Origin: an uncultured Bacteroidales bacterium
GTDB taxonomy: Bacteria; Bacteroidota; Bacteroidia; Bacteroidales; VadinHA17
NCBI GenBank assembly: GCA_963741935.1
Contig: CAVUJY010000017.1
Location: 14,264-78,263, forward strand
Length of the DNA: 64,000 nucleotides
Direction of reading: 5' to 3'
The notes beneath the pieces were generated by a model. It did no database searches, was not told the DNA's origin, and was given only the letters and a program-made list of their open reading frames with translations. The position numbers were made by a program, and so were the translations under genes. Of this stretch, positions 1 through 10,554 are shown piece after piece (positions within the stretch are counted from its first letter, which is position 1; each line of letters begins with the position of its first letter).

Positions 1-688
1 AATACATCATCAGAATTAAACTGGAATCCAAGTCGTTTACCTGTAATTACTCTTGAATGCTGAATTTTTGCTTCAGCCTGACCGACCGTTGCTATTTTAA
101 CAGTATCATAAGGAGGAACAAGCAAGATCAAATTCCAAAGCGTATTGAATTGCTGTTGAGATAATTAATTGTATAGATTGTTTACTTATTTCTTCATTTC
201 CATAATTTGTAAACAGCATTCCCATCTGTCTTTTTCCTTCAACAAAGTATTGTTTTTCATGATTTATAAAGATTCTTGCAATCAGGTAACCCAGATCATC
301 CAGACGTGAATATCTGAATGAATCTGCCAGAAAGTTATAAATATTAATTATTCCGGAATAGGCATTGAATTTATTCTTCTGAATATAGGTAGTCTTCCAT
401 GCAGGATGTTCCCTGTCGAACTGAAATATATTTGAATGCATACTGAAAAGCAATATATCTCCGGCAACTTTTATCTGGGCATCAAAATTACTTCTGTCTG
501 TATACTCCAGTCTTTATCCTTGAATCCACTCCTGCGAGATTTGCATTAACTTCTTTTGTAAAACTTTTCAAAACCTCCTTTAAAATACAGAACGATTCAA
601 GTGTATTATCAAACACTTTTTGTTTCAGAACGGATTTCTCTTTAAGAGTTCCAATTATTTCAGTCTTCTTATCAATCGGATCAGGCAT
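1..688 (-). pseudogene. Conserved hypothetical protein. The 3' end runs off the window and the frame is broken at least twice as assembled.
   Basis: Fragments 488..688 and 106..453 join through an adjacent frame (..SRIK / LEYTDRSNFDAQIKVAGDILLFSMHSNIF..). A third frame stays open from about nt 120 to nt 1 (LLVPPYDTVKIATVGQAEAKIQHSRVITGKRLGFQFNSDD). No family recognised. Confidence 0.4.
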
Positions 689-796
689 GATTGCATTTTT
701 TTATAAGTCGATTCAGGAATTTAAAATTATAATTAATAAAGATAAATTAAAATGCAGACATATAATGAAATGTGATGCATGATTGTAAATAGCTGA

Positions 797-2299
<1,503 letters not shown>

Positions 2300-2376
2300 T
2301 TACTTTTAATGAAATAGATTGCGTAAAAATAAATAAAAAGTTCAGTTATTATTCAAAAAAGAAAGAGAGGTTCATC

Positions 2377-3477
2377 ATGAAAGCAAAATACTTACATCGG
2401 AATCCTGTCCCTGATAATGCTTTCCGCTTCATCTGCAAAGGCTCAGGCAGGGATGGAATGATTACCGGAATGATGATGCCAGGGTAGTCGTAAATAATTA
2501 TTATGATGATTATGACTATCTACTACTCTTCACGTATTAACAGGTTTCACCGGTCATATGCAGCTTTTGACTATTATGCACCGGTCTTTACTGATACATA
2601 CTGGTATAATTACCAGCCTTATTCCTGGGGGATAAGTATATATGGTGGTGGTGGTTTCGGATTCAATTATGGATATAGTTATCCGGTCTTTAATTACGGT
2701 TATTCATATTACAATGGTTATGATCCATATTACGGAAGTACCTATTATTGGGGCTATGATCCATTCTATTACAGCGGATGGTATTCTCCTGTAATCATCA
2801 ACCTGAATTTTCGCAACCGATGGTATAATAGAAATTACTACAGCTGGGGTGGTCATTATAACCATGGCTATAATAACTACTATAATCATAATACATACAA
2901 TAATAACTATTATTCCTCTAACAGGTATTCATCGTCTTCAAGCCCTTCAAGGAGAAGTACCGGTAATGTCTCTGAATCACCACGAAACAGTTCAAGGCGG
3001 GATGTTTCAAGTGTAAATCCGTCGCGTAACACTTCAGGTTCAGGCAGATCAGTAACCGTTCCGGCAGGTGAAACAAGAAGGAGTAATCCGGCTGTTACTA
3101 CAGGTACCACTGTTCGAAGAGCTTCGAATAACCAGGCCTCTGCAGGCAGAAGTATTCAAAGGTCTTCTTCAGCAAGAAGTACATCAGTTTCAGCCGCACG
3201 CGGAACCAGTACTTCAAGAGCTGCTAATACAAGAGGGAGTTCACCAGCTTCCAGATCTGTTTCTTCTGCACCACAGCGAAGAAGTTCATCTGCAGCATCA
3301 GCCCCACGATCAGGTTCGTCAAGATCTTCGTCTGTTTCAAGAAGTACCTCTTCATCAAGGTCATCAGCTTCCAGAGGTGGAAACAGTTCTGCCAGAAGCC
3401 AGTCATCATCTTCAAAATCTTCATCTTCCGGTCAGGATCAGGGAGAAGGAGATAATTCTGAATACTCGCAATTTTAA
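2377..3477 (+). pseudogene. Secreted low-complexity protein with a Tyr/Gly/Asn-rich N-terminal half and a Ser/Arg-rich C-terminal half. The N-terminal ~130 nt need frame corrections.
   Basis: ATG at 2377 gives MKAKYL. The adjacent frame reads a textbook signal peptide, IGILSLIMLSASSAKAQA. The main ORF 2503..3477 follows: YYSSRINRFH..GGGGFGFNYGYSYPVFNYGYSYYNGYDPYYGSTYYWGYDPFYY.., then ..SSSSSPSRRSTGNVSESPRNSSRRD..SRSSSVSRSTSSSRSSASRGG.. A purine-rich GAGAGG lies 8 nt upstream of the ATG. Confidence 0.6.
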
Positions 3478-3603
3478 TACTGATTCTAATAGAAAATAAG
3501 TGTCAGAGCTCAAAATTTATATAATAATCGAAAGTTGTTTCAGAAAATTGTTTCTTTGGTATAATATTTGTTTGATAATTAGAAATCAAAAGGAGGAAAT
3601 AAA

Positions 3604-5075
3604 ATGAAAGCATTATCTTACATATCAGTCATTGTACTCTTGTTAATGGGATCCTGTTCATCCCGGCTTTACACAGGAGCAGAGTACGATGATTTGTACT
3701 ATACTCCATCGGATAACCCAGTTGTATCCGCTGCAACTGCTGATAATGAACGGTATTGCCGATAGTCCTGCAGGAAGGGAAGACTATTATGATAATGTAT
3801 ATGCTTCGGATACACTTGTAGCCGATGATTATGCTGATGCCGTTGATTTAAACAGTTCTATTGTAGATAACAATTATGACAACGGAGGATATGACTATTA
3901 TGATAATTTCTCCTATACAGGCAGACTGAATAGTTTTTATGGTAACTCTTTTTATCCTTACTGGAGAGATCCTTACTATTTTGGAGGTGGTTACTCATCA
4001 TTCGGATATGGATTTGGATTATGGCGGTTTCCCATATTCATATGGTTTTTATAATCCCTATACCTGGAACAATTATTATGCTTATAACGGATTTGGTGGT
4101 TATTACGGCGATTATTACGGCGGGTTCTATCCCGGTTATTATGGGGCTATGGAGGTTATTATGGTGGATATTATGGTGGTTTCGGCTCTTACTATTCTCC
4201 GTATGATTACAACGCATGGGGCGGTTATTCTCATAGCGGTATAAGAGATTATTCTGTTCCTTATGGAAGACGGGATCGACCAAGCACTCTTTCATCGAGC
4301 TGGAACAGGAGTACAACTCCTATGGGTTCTGCAAGGAGAGATTCATATAGCACTTCAGGAGGCACCAGTACCTCAAACAGACGGGTGGCTTCAGGCAGTA
4401 CAGAAAATAGGGCAATAGCAACAGATCAGAGAAGAACTAATACTTCTCCTGTAAACTCAAGACAGGCCGTTTCTTCATCCAGAACCTACGGACAAACGTC
4501 TTCATCGAGAAATGCAACGGTAAATTCATGCTTCAAATCAAAGAGAAGCAGTAAATACGCGTCCGGCATATAACAGTGCAAACAGAAGCTATACTCCAAG
4601 TTATAGTAACCCCAGGATGAGTACACGTCCTTCTTACAATAACAGCAGAGCCACTGAAGGTGTGAGCACAAACCGAAATAATGGTTCTGTCACAAACAGC
4701 AGGTCATTTTCAAATCCTGGTGCAAGAACTCCCGCTACCCCGAGGACATACCAGAATTCCAACTCAAGAAGTAATGCCGGCAGTAATACAGGAACAGGAC
4801 GAAGATTTGAACCTTCATCATCAAGATATTCTCCTCCGGCAAGTTCGAACAGGTCCTATACACCACGAAGTACACAAAGTTACTCAGCACCTTCCAGAAG
4901 CAGCTTCAGTAACAGCAGATCTTCATCATCGTCAGGTGCATTTTCCGGATCACGATCATCATCTTTTGGTGGAGGAGCTTCTTCTTCAGGAAGATCAATA
5001 TCCACTGGTTCTTCATCATCAGGTAGTTCTTCTTCAGGTGGCAGATCTTCTTCAGGAGGCGGTACCAGAAGATAA
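3604..5075 (+). pseudogene. Lipoprotein paralog of the preceding gene with the same Tyr/Gly-rich then Ser/Arg/Thr/Asn-rich layout. Four frame breaks as assembled.
   Basis: ATG 3604 gives MKALSYISVIVLLLMGSCSS, a signal peptide with a lipobox Cys. Fragments 3689..4054, 3939..4244, 4322..4573 and 4617..5075 continue it. It shares the motif Y(S/T)xR(I/L)NxF with gene A (FSYTGRLNSFYG versus YYSSRINRFH), GYYGG repeats, and an SR-rich tail ending ..SSSGGRSSSGGGTRR*. AAGGAGG at 3590..3596 lies 7 nt upstream of the ATG. Confidence 0.6.
4089..4198 (+). repeat. Imperfect in-frame coding micro-repeat encoding G-Y-Y-G-G units.
   Basis: ggttattacggcgattattacggcgggttctatcccggttattatgggg..ggttattatggtggatattatggtggtttcggc translates, after one frame correction in the G-run near 4145, to GFGGYYGDYYGGFYPGYYGGYGGYYGGYYGGFGSYY. 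Confidence 0.5.
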
Positions 5076-5162
5076 ACTTAAAGAATACAATATTTGTTTT
5101 GAAATTATAGTTTCATTCTAAAATAAGAGTGCAGGGATAGATTTACCAAATAGAGATATAAT

Positions 5163-6650
5163 ATGAAAAAGCTAGGATTGATATTATTTGTATGTTTTGT
5201 GATGCTTTCAACCCTTAATTCGCAAAACGTCGACGATGCATTAAGGTATTCTCAGATATTTTATGGAGGAACTGCCCGATTTATGTCAATGGGTGGTGCA
5301 TTTACCGCTTTGGGTGGAGATATGTCTTCATTAAGCCAGAACCCGGCTGGAATAGGGGTATTCAGATCGTCAGAGTTGACATTGTCTCCACAGCTATTTA
5401 AAATTAAAACAACTGCAGGTTTTAATGGTAATACTTCCGATTTCCTGTATAATTTTAATCTTAGCCAGGCAGGTATTGTGAGTAACCTTATCTCGAACAA
5501 TAGAGAATCAGGATTAATCAGCCTTAATATGGGGTACTCTTTTAATAAGACTAATAATCTGAATCAGAGTATGCGGATACAGGGTATAAGTAATTCAAGC
5601 TCAATGGCAGATTATTGGGCCGGTGCTAGTGATGGTACATACTATAGTGATCTTCAGGGTGCTCCCGGAATCGCGTATGATGCCTGGGTAATGGATACAA
5701 TTACTGGTTCAGGGGGAATACGTTATGGAACTGCATTCTCAAATTATGGCGACAACCCACCATCAGTTTATGGTCAGACAATCAGACGTCTGGTATCTTA
5801 CGAAGGTTATACAGGTGAACATGCAATTTCAATAGGTGGTAATTATTCAAATAAGATATACTTCGGTGCAACACTGGGCATAAGCAAACTAAAATATACA
5901 AGCCACTACGAACACCTTGAATCAACTGATATTTCAATGCCTTCAAATTTTCAGAATTTCACATATACCGATCATTATGAGAATAACGGAACAGGATATT
6001 CACTTAAGCTGGGTGCAATAATCAAACCAATAGAAGCTCTTCGCATAGGTCTTGCTTTCCACACTCCAACCATATACCACATAAATGAATATTTCTATGA
6101 GGATATAACATCAAATTTTACCGATGGAGGTCATTATGATATCTCTGATACTCCAATGAGGTACTCATATGCATTGACAACACCGTTCAGGGCCCTGGCA
6201 GGGGTTGCTGTTCAGATCAGAAAGATAGCTCTTCTGAGTGCTGATTATGAATATGTTGATTATAGTTCTGCCAAGTTCTCTGAAACCGGTGATGGTTATG
6301 ATTACAGTGAAAAGAACATGGATATTAAGAACACTCTCCAGTCAACAGGTAATCTTCGCCTGGGTGGCGAACTAAGATTAAACAGACTGTACCTTAGAAC
6401 AGGATATGGTTATTATGGAAAGGCATTCAAACCAGGTGAGGATAATCAGAACCTTGATTACAATACTTTATCATTTGGAGCTGGATTCAGAGAACAGAAT
6501 GTCTCTATCGACTTCGCATATACCAATTATATGTATAAAGAGAAATATATACTGTATCCTCTCGACAACAATTTTGATCCCGCTATAGCCAGTCTTACTA
6601 CAAATAAAAACATGTTTACTGTTTCTCTTGCTTATAAGTTTGGTTATTAA
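5163..6650 (+). CDS. Outer-membrane beta-barrel protein, FadL/PorV-like. This is a family-level guess.
   Basis: Intact 495-aa ORF. Signal peptide MKKLGLILFVCFVMLSTLNSQ. Conserved N-terminal plug-like motif DALRYSQ..GGTARFMSMGGAFTALGGDMSSLSQNPAGIG. Alternating beta-strand pattern and aromatic C-terminus ..FTVSLAYKFGY. Confidence 0.6.
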   Translation: MKKLGLILFVCFVMLSTLNSQNVDDALRYSQIFYGGTARFMSMGGAFTALGGDMSSLSQNPAGIGVFRSSELTLSPQLFKIKTTAGFNGNTSDFLYNFNLSQAGIVSNLISNNRESGLISLNMGYSFNKTNNLNQSMRIQGISNSSSMADYWAGASDGTYYSDLQGAPGIAYDAWVMDTITGSGGIRYGTAFSNYGDNPPSVYGQTIRRLVSYEGYTGEHAISIGGNYSNKIYFGATLGISKLKYTSHYEHLESTDISMPSNFQNFTYTDHYENNGTGYSLKLGAIIKPIEALRIGLAFHTPTIYHINEYFYEDITSNFTDGGHYDISDTPMRYSYALTTPFRALAGVAVQIRKIALLSADYEYVDYSSAKFSETGDGYDYSEKNMDIKNTLQSTGNLRLGGELRLNRLYLRTGYGYYGKAFKPGEDNQNLDYNTLSFGAGFREQNVSIDFAYTNYMYKEKYILYPLDNNFDPAIASLTTNKNMFTVSLAYKFGY

Positions 6651-6673
6651 TACTTTGTTAACTTGTTTGACAT

Positions 6674-6705
6674 AAGGCTGACCCGGTAAGGTCAGCCTTT
6701 TTTTA
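6674..6705 (+). terminator. Rho-independent terminator after the barrel gene.
   Basis: aaggctgac-ccggtaag-gtcagcctt hairpin followed by a T-run (tttttt), 24 nt after the stop codon. Confidence 0.6.
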
Positions 6706-6722
6706 ACTGTCTTATATTCCAA

Positions 6723-7332
6723 TTAATCAAGGTAGTGTGCAGCTTCAGGACCCATATTAAAAAGAAGATCGAGAATGCTCATGCGCGGAACGAAGACTCC
6801 GGGCCGGGTAAAAACCTGTGTATATTCTTTTGACATCAAAAGATGACTTTGATTTCGGTGAGATGGAATATCTGTAGTCGTCTTCCCCATTTAATACAGG
6901 CTCAAAATAAGTCGTGTAAGATATTTTTTTCTTATACTGAAGGATACTTAAAACGGATACCATTAGATCTATATTAAGGTCAAGGAGATATGGATAACAT
7001 TTTGATATAATCTTCTCAAATGACTCAAAATAAAATTCAAAAAATGGTGAAGAGTTATATGCAGCTATTAATGCCCTGAGGTGAACTTGTATCCAGCGTT
7101 TGGAATAGTCAATTTTTATGTCCTTTACCGGAGTTTTATGAATACTTCCGAGTAAAACCGGTACAGAAAGTATCTGAGGTCCGTGAGCTGTCAGAATATA
7201 GCATCTGTTACGATATGTTTGTTTAAGATAATTCTCCTCTCTTTCAATGAATACTTCGTCTGCATTTGCGATCAGACTAAAGTATTCAACAGGAGCCAGG
7301 TAAGCAGTTGAAACGAGTATCTTCCCTGCCAT
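6723..7332 (-). pseudogene. WbqC-family protein (function unknown), with one frame break near the C-terminus.
   Basis: MAGKILVSTAYLAPVEYFSLI..EREENYLKQTYRNRCYILTAHGPQILSVPV..DYSKRWIQVHLRALIAAYNSSPFFEFY. The family-typical C-terminus ..YTQVFTRPGVFVPRMSILDLLFNMGPEAAHYLD* is recovered in another frame, with its stop at 6723..6725. The start lies 11 nt after the larB stop. Confidence 0.7.
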
Positions 7333-7343
7333 TTCTCAGTATT

Positions 7344-8093
7344 TCAGGCAAGTTTGTTAATCATACTTGCAGAGAAACCTGCCCCAAAACCGTTGTCAAT
7401 ATTAACAACAGTAACACCTGTTGAGCAACTGGTCAGCATAGCAAGTAAGGCTGATATTCCTCCAAAACTTGCTCCATATCCCACACTGGTGGGAACAGCA
7501 ATTACCGGTTTGTCAACAAGGCCGCCTACAACACTTGCAAGTGCTCCTTCCATTCCGGCAATGACAATTATTACCCTGCATTTTCTTATTTCCGGCAACT
7601 TATCCACAAGTCTGTGAATACCGGCAACACCGGCATCATAAATTCTTAAAACATTATTGCCGAGTAATTCAGCAGTAATAGCCGCTTCCTCGGCTACCGG
7701 TACATCTGATGTCCCTGCTGTTATAACTGCGATCATACTTTCAGGAGGGACTGTTTTTTTCTTTTGCATTGATATGATTCTGGCCTCCTTAAAGTAAACT
7801 GCGTCAGGTAAAACCTCTTTTACGGCATCAAACATTTCCTGATTTGCCCGGGTTCCAAAAACATTATTCTCGCTGGTGGCCATGACCCTGAAGATCTCTC
7901 TGACCTGTTCAACCGATTTACCTGCACAGTATATAATTTCGGGATATCCGGTGCGTAATTCCCGGTGGTTATCAATTTTTGCAAACCCAAGATCGGTGTA
8001 TGGGAAATTTTTCAGAATATTCAGGGCTTCATCAATACTTTTATCACCTGTTTTTACATCCTTAAGCAGTTTTTCAACTTCTTTAATATTCAT
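7344..8093 (-). CDS. larB: Nickel-pincer cofactor biosynthesis protein LarB (NaAD carboxylase/hydrolase, PurE-like).
   Basis: Intact 249 aa. ..FAKIDNHRELRTGYPEIIYCAGK.., ..ITAGTSDVPVAEEA.., ..VIAGMEGALASVVGGLVDKPVIAVPTSVGYGASFGG.. Confidence 0.85.
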   Translation of the reverse strand: MNIKEVEKLLKDVKTGDKSIDEALNILKNFPYTDLGFAKIDNHRELRTGYPEIIYCAGKSVEQVREIFRVMATSENNVFGTRANQEMFDAVKEVLPDAVYFKEARIISMQKKKTVPPESMIAVITAGTSDVPVAEEAAITAELLGNNVLRIYDAGVAGIHRLVDKLPEIRKCRVIIVIAGMEGALASVVGGLVDKPVIAVPTSVGYGASFGGISALLAMLTSCSTGVTVVNIDNGFGAGFSASMINKLA

Positions 8094-8197
8094 ATCAGGA
8101 AATTAAGTTGTTCTTTCTGTTCTTTAAATTAACAGGTCAACAATAACGTAATTAGTCCATAATCAGGACATAGGTTATTATGTTTGTTCGTGCCGGC

Positions 8198-9001
8198 TCA
8201 TATACTCCGTATTTCAGGGTTAGAGCTTCCGGTCCTGTAACCTTCAAGGTCCAAAGATACATATCGGAATCCTATTTTTTTCATATTGTATATAATATGT
8301 TCTCTGTCAGGAGTATGAATTATCTTCTCAAGATATCCCGGAAGACATTCAATTCTGGCAACATCTCCATGAATCCTGACTCTTGTTCCTGGATAACCTT
8401 TCTCAAAGAGCATGTTTTCTGCCTGTTCTACCATGGCAATCATTTCTCCTTTTACCTCTGTATCATAAGGTATTCTGGTAAGGAGACATGCCATGGCAGG
8501 TTTATCCCATATATACAACCCTTCTTCTCTTGCCAGAAGTCTGATCTCTTTTTTCGTCAGACCCGATTCGAGCAGAGGACTTCTTATATCCATCTCCTTT
8601 AATGCTCTCATACCTGGTCTGAAATCACCCTGGTCGTCATTATTGGTGCCGTCAATAATATATTTATATTTATTTTCCCTGGCAAAATTCACCAGTTCGC
8701 TAAATAGTGTTTTCTTGCACTGGTAGCATCTGTCGATAGGATTATTTCTGATTATCTCAGGGAAAGGAATGTCCAGAATTTTATGCCTGATACCAAATGA
8801 TTCTGTGAATTCGATGGCGTCCTCTATTTCATGTCCGGGTATATATGGTGTTCTGATAGTAACGGCTATAATACCGCTATTTCGTACAGTAGCCGCCCTG
8901 TGCAGGAGAAAGGCGCTGTCAACTCCTCCCGAGAATGCGACAACAAAGGAGTTCAGCTCCTTTAGTATATTATTTAGTTTAAGTGATTTATTTTCTGTCA
9001 T
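8198..9001 (-). CDS. larE: ATP-dependent sacrificial sulfur transferase LarE (PP-loop ATP pyrophosphatase family).
   Basis: Intact 267 aa. PP-loop VVAFSGGVDSAFLL. Conserved Cys-containing segment DKPAMACLLTRIPY. Sits between larC and larB. Confidence 0.85.
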   Translation of the reverse strand: MTENKSLKLNNILKELNSFVVAFSGGVDSAFLLHRAATVRNSGIIAVTIRTPYIPGHEIEDAIEFTESFGIRHKILDIPFPEIIRNNPIDRCYQCKKTLFSELVNFARENKYKYIIDGTNNDDQGDFRPGMRALKEMDIRSPLLESGLTKKEIRLLAREEGLYIWDKPAMACLLTRIPYDTEVKGEMIAMVEQAENMLFEKGYPGTRVRIHGDVARIECLPGYLEKIIHTPDREHIIYNMKKIGFRYVSLDLEGYRTGSSNPEIRSI

Positions 9002-9165
9002 TTTCTGGTGTTTTAATTATGAATTCAACCTTTGATTATATTCGTCCTCCTTATTTTTCTTTCTGTATATACAATCAATCCCTGCCGGCATTATTCCGGC
9101 AAAATCATTAGATATGTTAATTTATTCACAGTTGATCCGGTACAACTTCTCCGGTTTGGTATGTC

Positions 9166-10344
9166 TTAATTTTTATTTTGAACTAACAGAGACATTACGT
9201 AGTTATAGATCTCTTTTACAGGAATGCTTTTTTCCGAAGCAATCTGCCTGCAATCCTCATATTCAGGTTTGAATGAGACTTCCGTCCCATTATAAAATGA
9301 TCTTTTAACGGTTATATCGCCATATTTAGTCTGAAGTTTCTCAATTTTCCTTACAAGTGTATCCTTCCTGAAAGGCAATGTCCTTATACCCAGTGAAGTT
9401 GATTCAGTAAAAATTATACTCTTTAGTACATCAGCTGATTCATTTTCACATATTACGTTGAGTACGATTCCCGGACGCCCTTTTTTCATAATAATATTTG
9501 AAAAGTAAACATCTGAGGCTCCTGCACTGAAGAGCTTCTCGGAAATGTACTGGAAAAATTCAGGGTTCATATCATCAATATTGCATTCGAGCAGAACCGC
9601 ATCATGTCCACTTACGGTATCAGACAGGGTTTCTCCAAGATATACTCTCAATAAATTAGGTATATCCTGTGGATCTTTTTGTCCGATACCATAGCCTGTT
9701 TTTTCAATTTTCATTGTCAGGTCAGGGGTAAAATCAGTTCCCAAGGCTGCAATTATTGCTGCTCCGGTAGGTGTTGTTGCTTCGAAATCAACTCCCCCTT
9801 TTTTAACCGGTAGTCCTTTAATAATTTCAGCTGTTGCAGGTGCCGGAACAGGAAGTTTTCCGTGATCGCACAGAACAAAACCACTTCCCAGTTCAACCGG
9901 TGAAACATGTACTCCATCAACCTTTAAAAAATTATAGCATATAGCTGCTCCAACTACATCAATAATTGAATCAACAGCACCAACTTCATGAAAATGAACC
10001 TTTTCTATTGATATGCCATGAACCATAGCTTCTGCTTCAGCTATCTTCATGAAAATTCTTGCACTCAGTTTTTTTGTTTTGTCATCCAGCTCTGAGTCAT
10101 TTATTATCTTCTCAATATCAGAAAGATGCCTGTGAGCATGTTCATGCCTTGTTTGTTTAACAGTGACTTTTGTTCCTGTAATACCATGTCTCTGGTCCTC
10201 CTGAACCATAAGTTCCCAGCCAGGGAGCTTCAATTTATTCAATTCATTAATTAAAAATGACTTGTCAACACCCAGGTCCAACATCGCCCCCAGATTCATA
10301 TCTCCGCTGATGCCTGAAAAGCAATCGTAACTTATAATTTTCAT
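9166..10344 (-). CDS. larC: Nickel insertion protein LarC (DUF111 family), a single uninterrupted ORF.
   Basis: Intact 392 aa. N-terminus MKIISYDCFSGISGDMNLGAMLDLGVD. His-rich segment TRHEHAHRHLSDI. Typical length. Confidence 0.85.
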   Translation of the reverse strand: MKIISYDCFSGISGDMNLGAMLDLGVDKSFLINELNKLKLPGWELMVQEDQRHGITGTKVTVKQTRHEHAHRHLSDIEKIINDSELDDKTKKLSARIFMKIAEAEAMVHGISIEKVHFHEVGAVDSIIDVVGAAICYNFLKVDGVHVSPVELGSGFVLCDHGKLPVPAPATAEIIKGLPVKKGGVDFEATTPTGAAIIAALGTDFTPDLTMKIEKTGYGIGQKDPQDIPNLLRVYLGETLSDTVSGHDAVLLECNIDDMNPEFFQYISEKLFSAGASDVYFSNIIMKKGRPGIVLNVICENESADVLKSIIFTESTSLGIRTLPFRKDTLVRKIEKLQTKYGDITVKRSFYNGTEVSFKPEYEDCRQIASEKSIPVKEIYNYVMSLLVQNKN

Positions 10345-10554
10345 ATTTTCAAGTCTCTGATATGTTAATAATTTAAAACAATTAAATTTAAGGAATGTTA
10401 ATATATCCCTTAAAATCTTATATTCCGATTCAACCGCTAATATACTACTTACAATCTGTACGAAATAATAAAAAAAAATTGTATTTTCGGCACTTATCTT
10501 CTTTACTGTAAAAGCACTTTTACCACAATAAGAATTAATTAGAATTATAAGATT

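Noticed and set aside
3068-3499. Long alternative-frame and antisense ORFs inside the Ser/Arg-rich tails: 3068..3499 and 4681..5121 on plus; 2704..2889, 2910..3110, 3224..3424 and 4038..4316 on minus. I considered them as possible overlapping genes.
   Set aside because: They lie entirely within low-complexity AGN/TCN/CGN-rich coding sequence. Stop codons are depleted in all frames there. The translations are repetitive by-products (LQ/HQ/EV-rich) with no start context or motifs.
8180-8602. Antisense ORFs inside intact, well-supported genes. Examples: 8180..8602 in larE, 14315..14725 in mmdA, 12709..13008 in the polyferredoxin, 16756..17139 in mmdB, 18410..18775 across citE/citF, and 32756..33142 in the RSH gene.
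   Set aside because: Each is fully embedded opposite a gene with strong family motifs. None has recognisable motifs of its own.
9002-9165. 164-nt gap between larC and larE with a short hairpin (tgccgg..ccggca), considered as a terminator or riboswitch.
   Set aside because: The stem is only 6 bp, with no U-run on the transcribed (minus) strand. No conserved riboswitch-like structure is recognisable by eye.
9166-10344. Expected a larC1/larC2 split with programmed frameshift, as in Lactobacillus plantarum.
   Set aside because: Here larC is one uninterrupted 392-aa ORF, so no frameshift site is needed.
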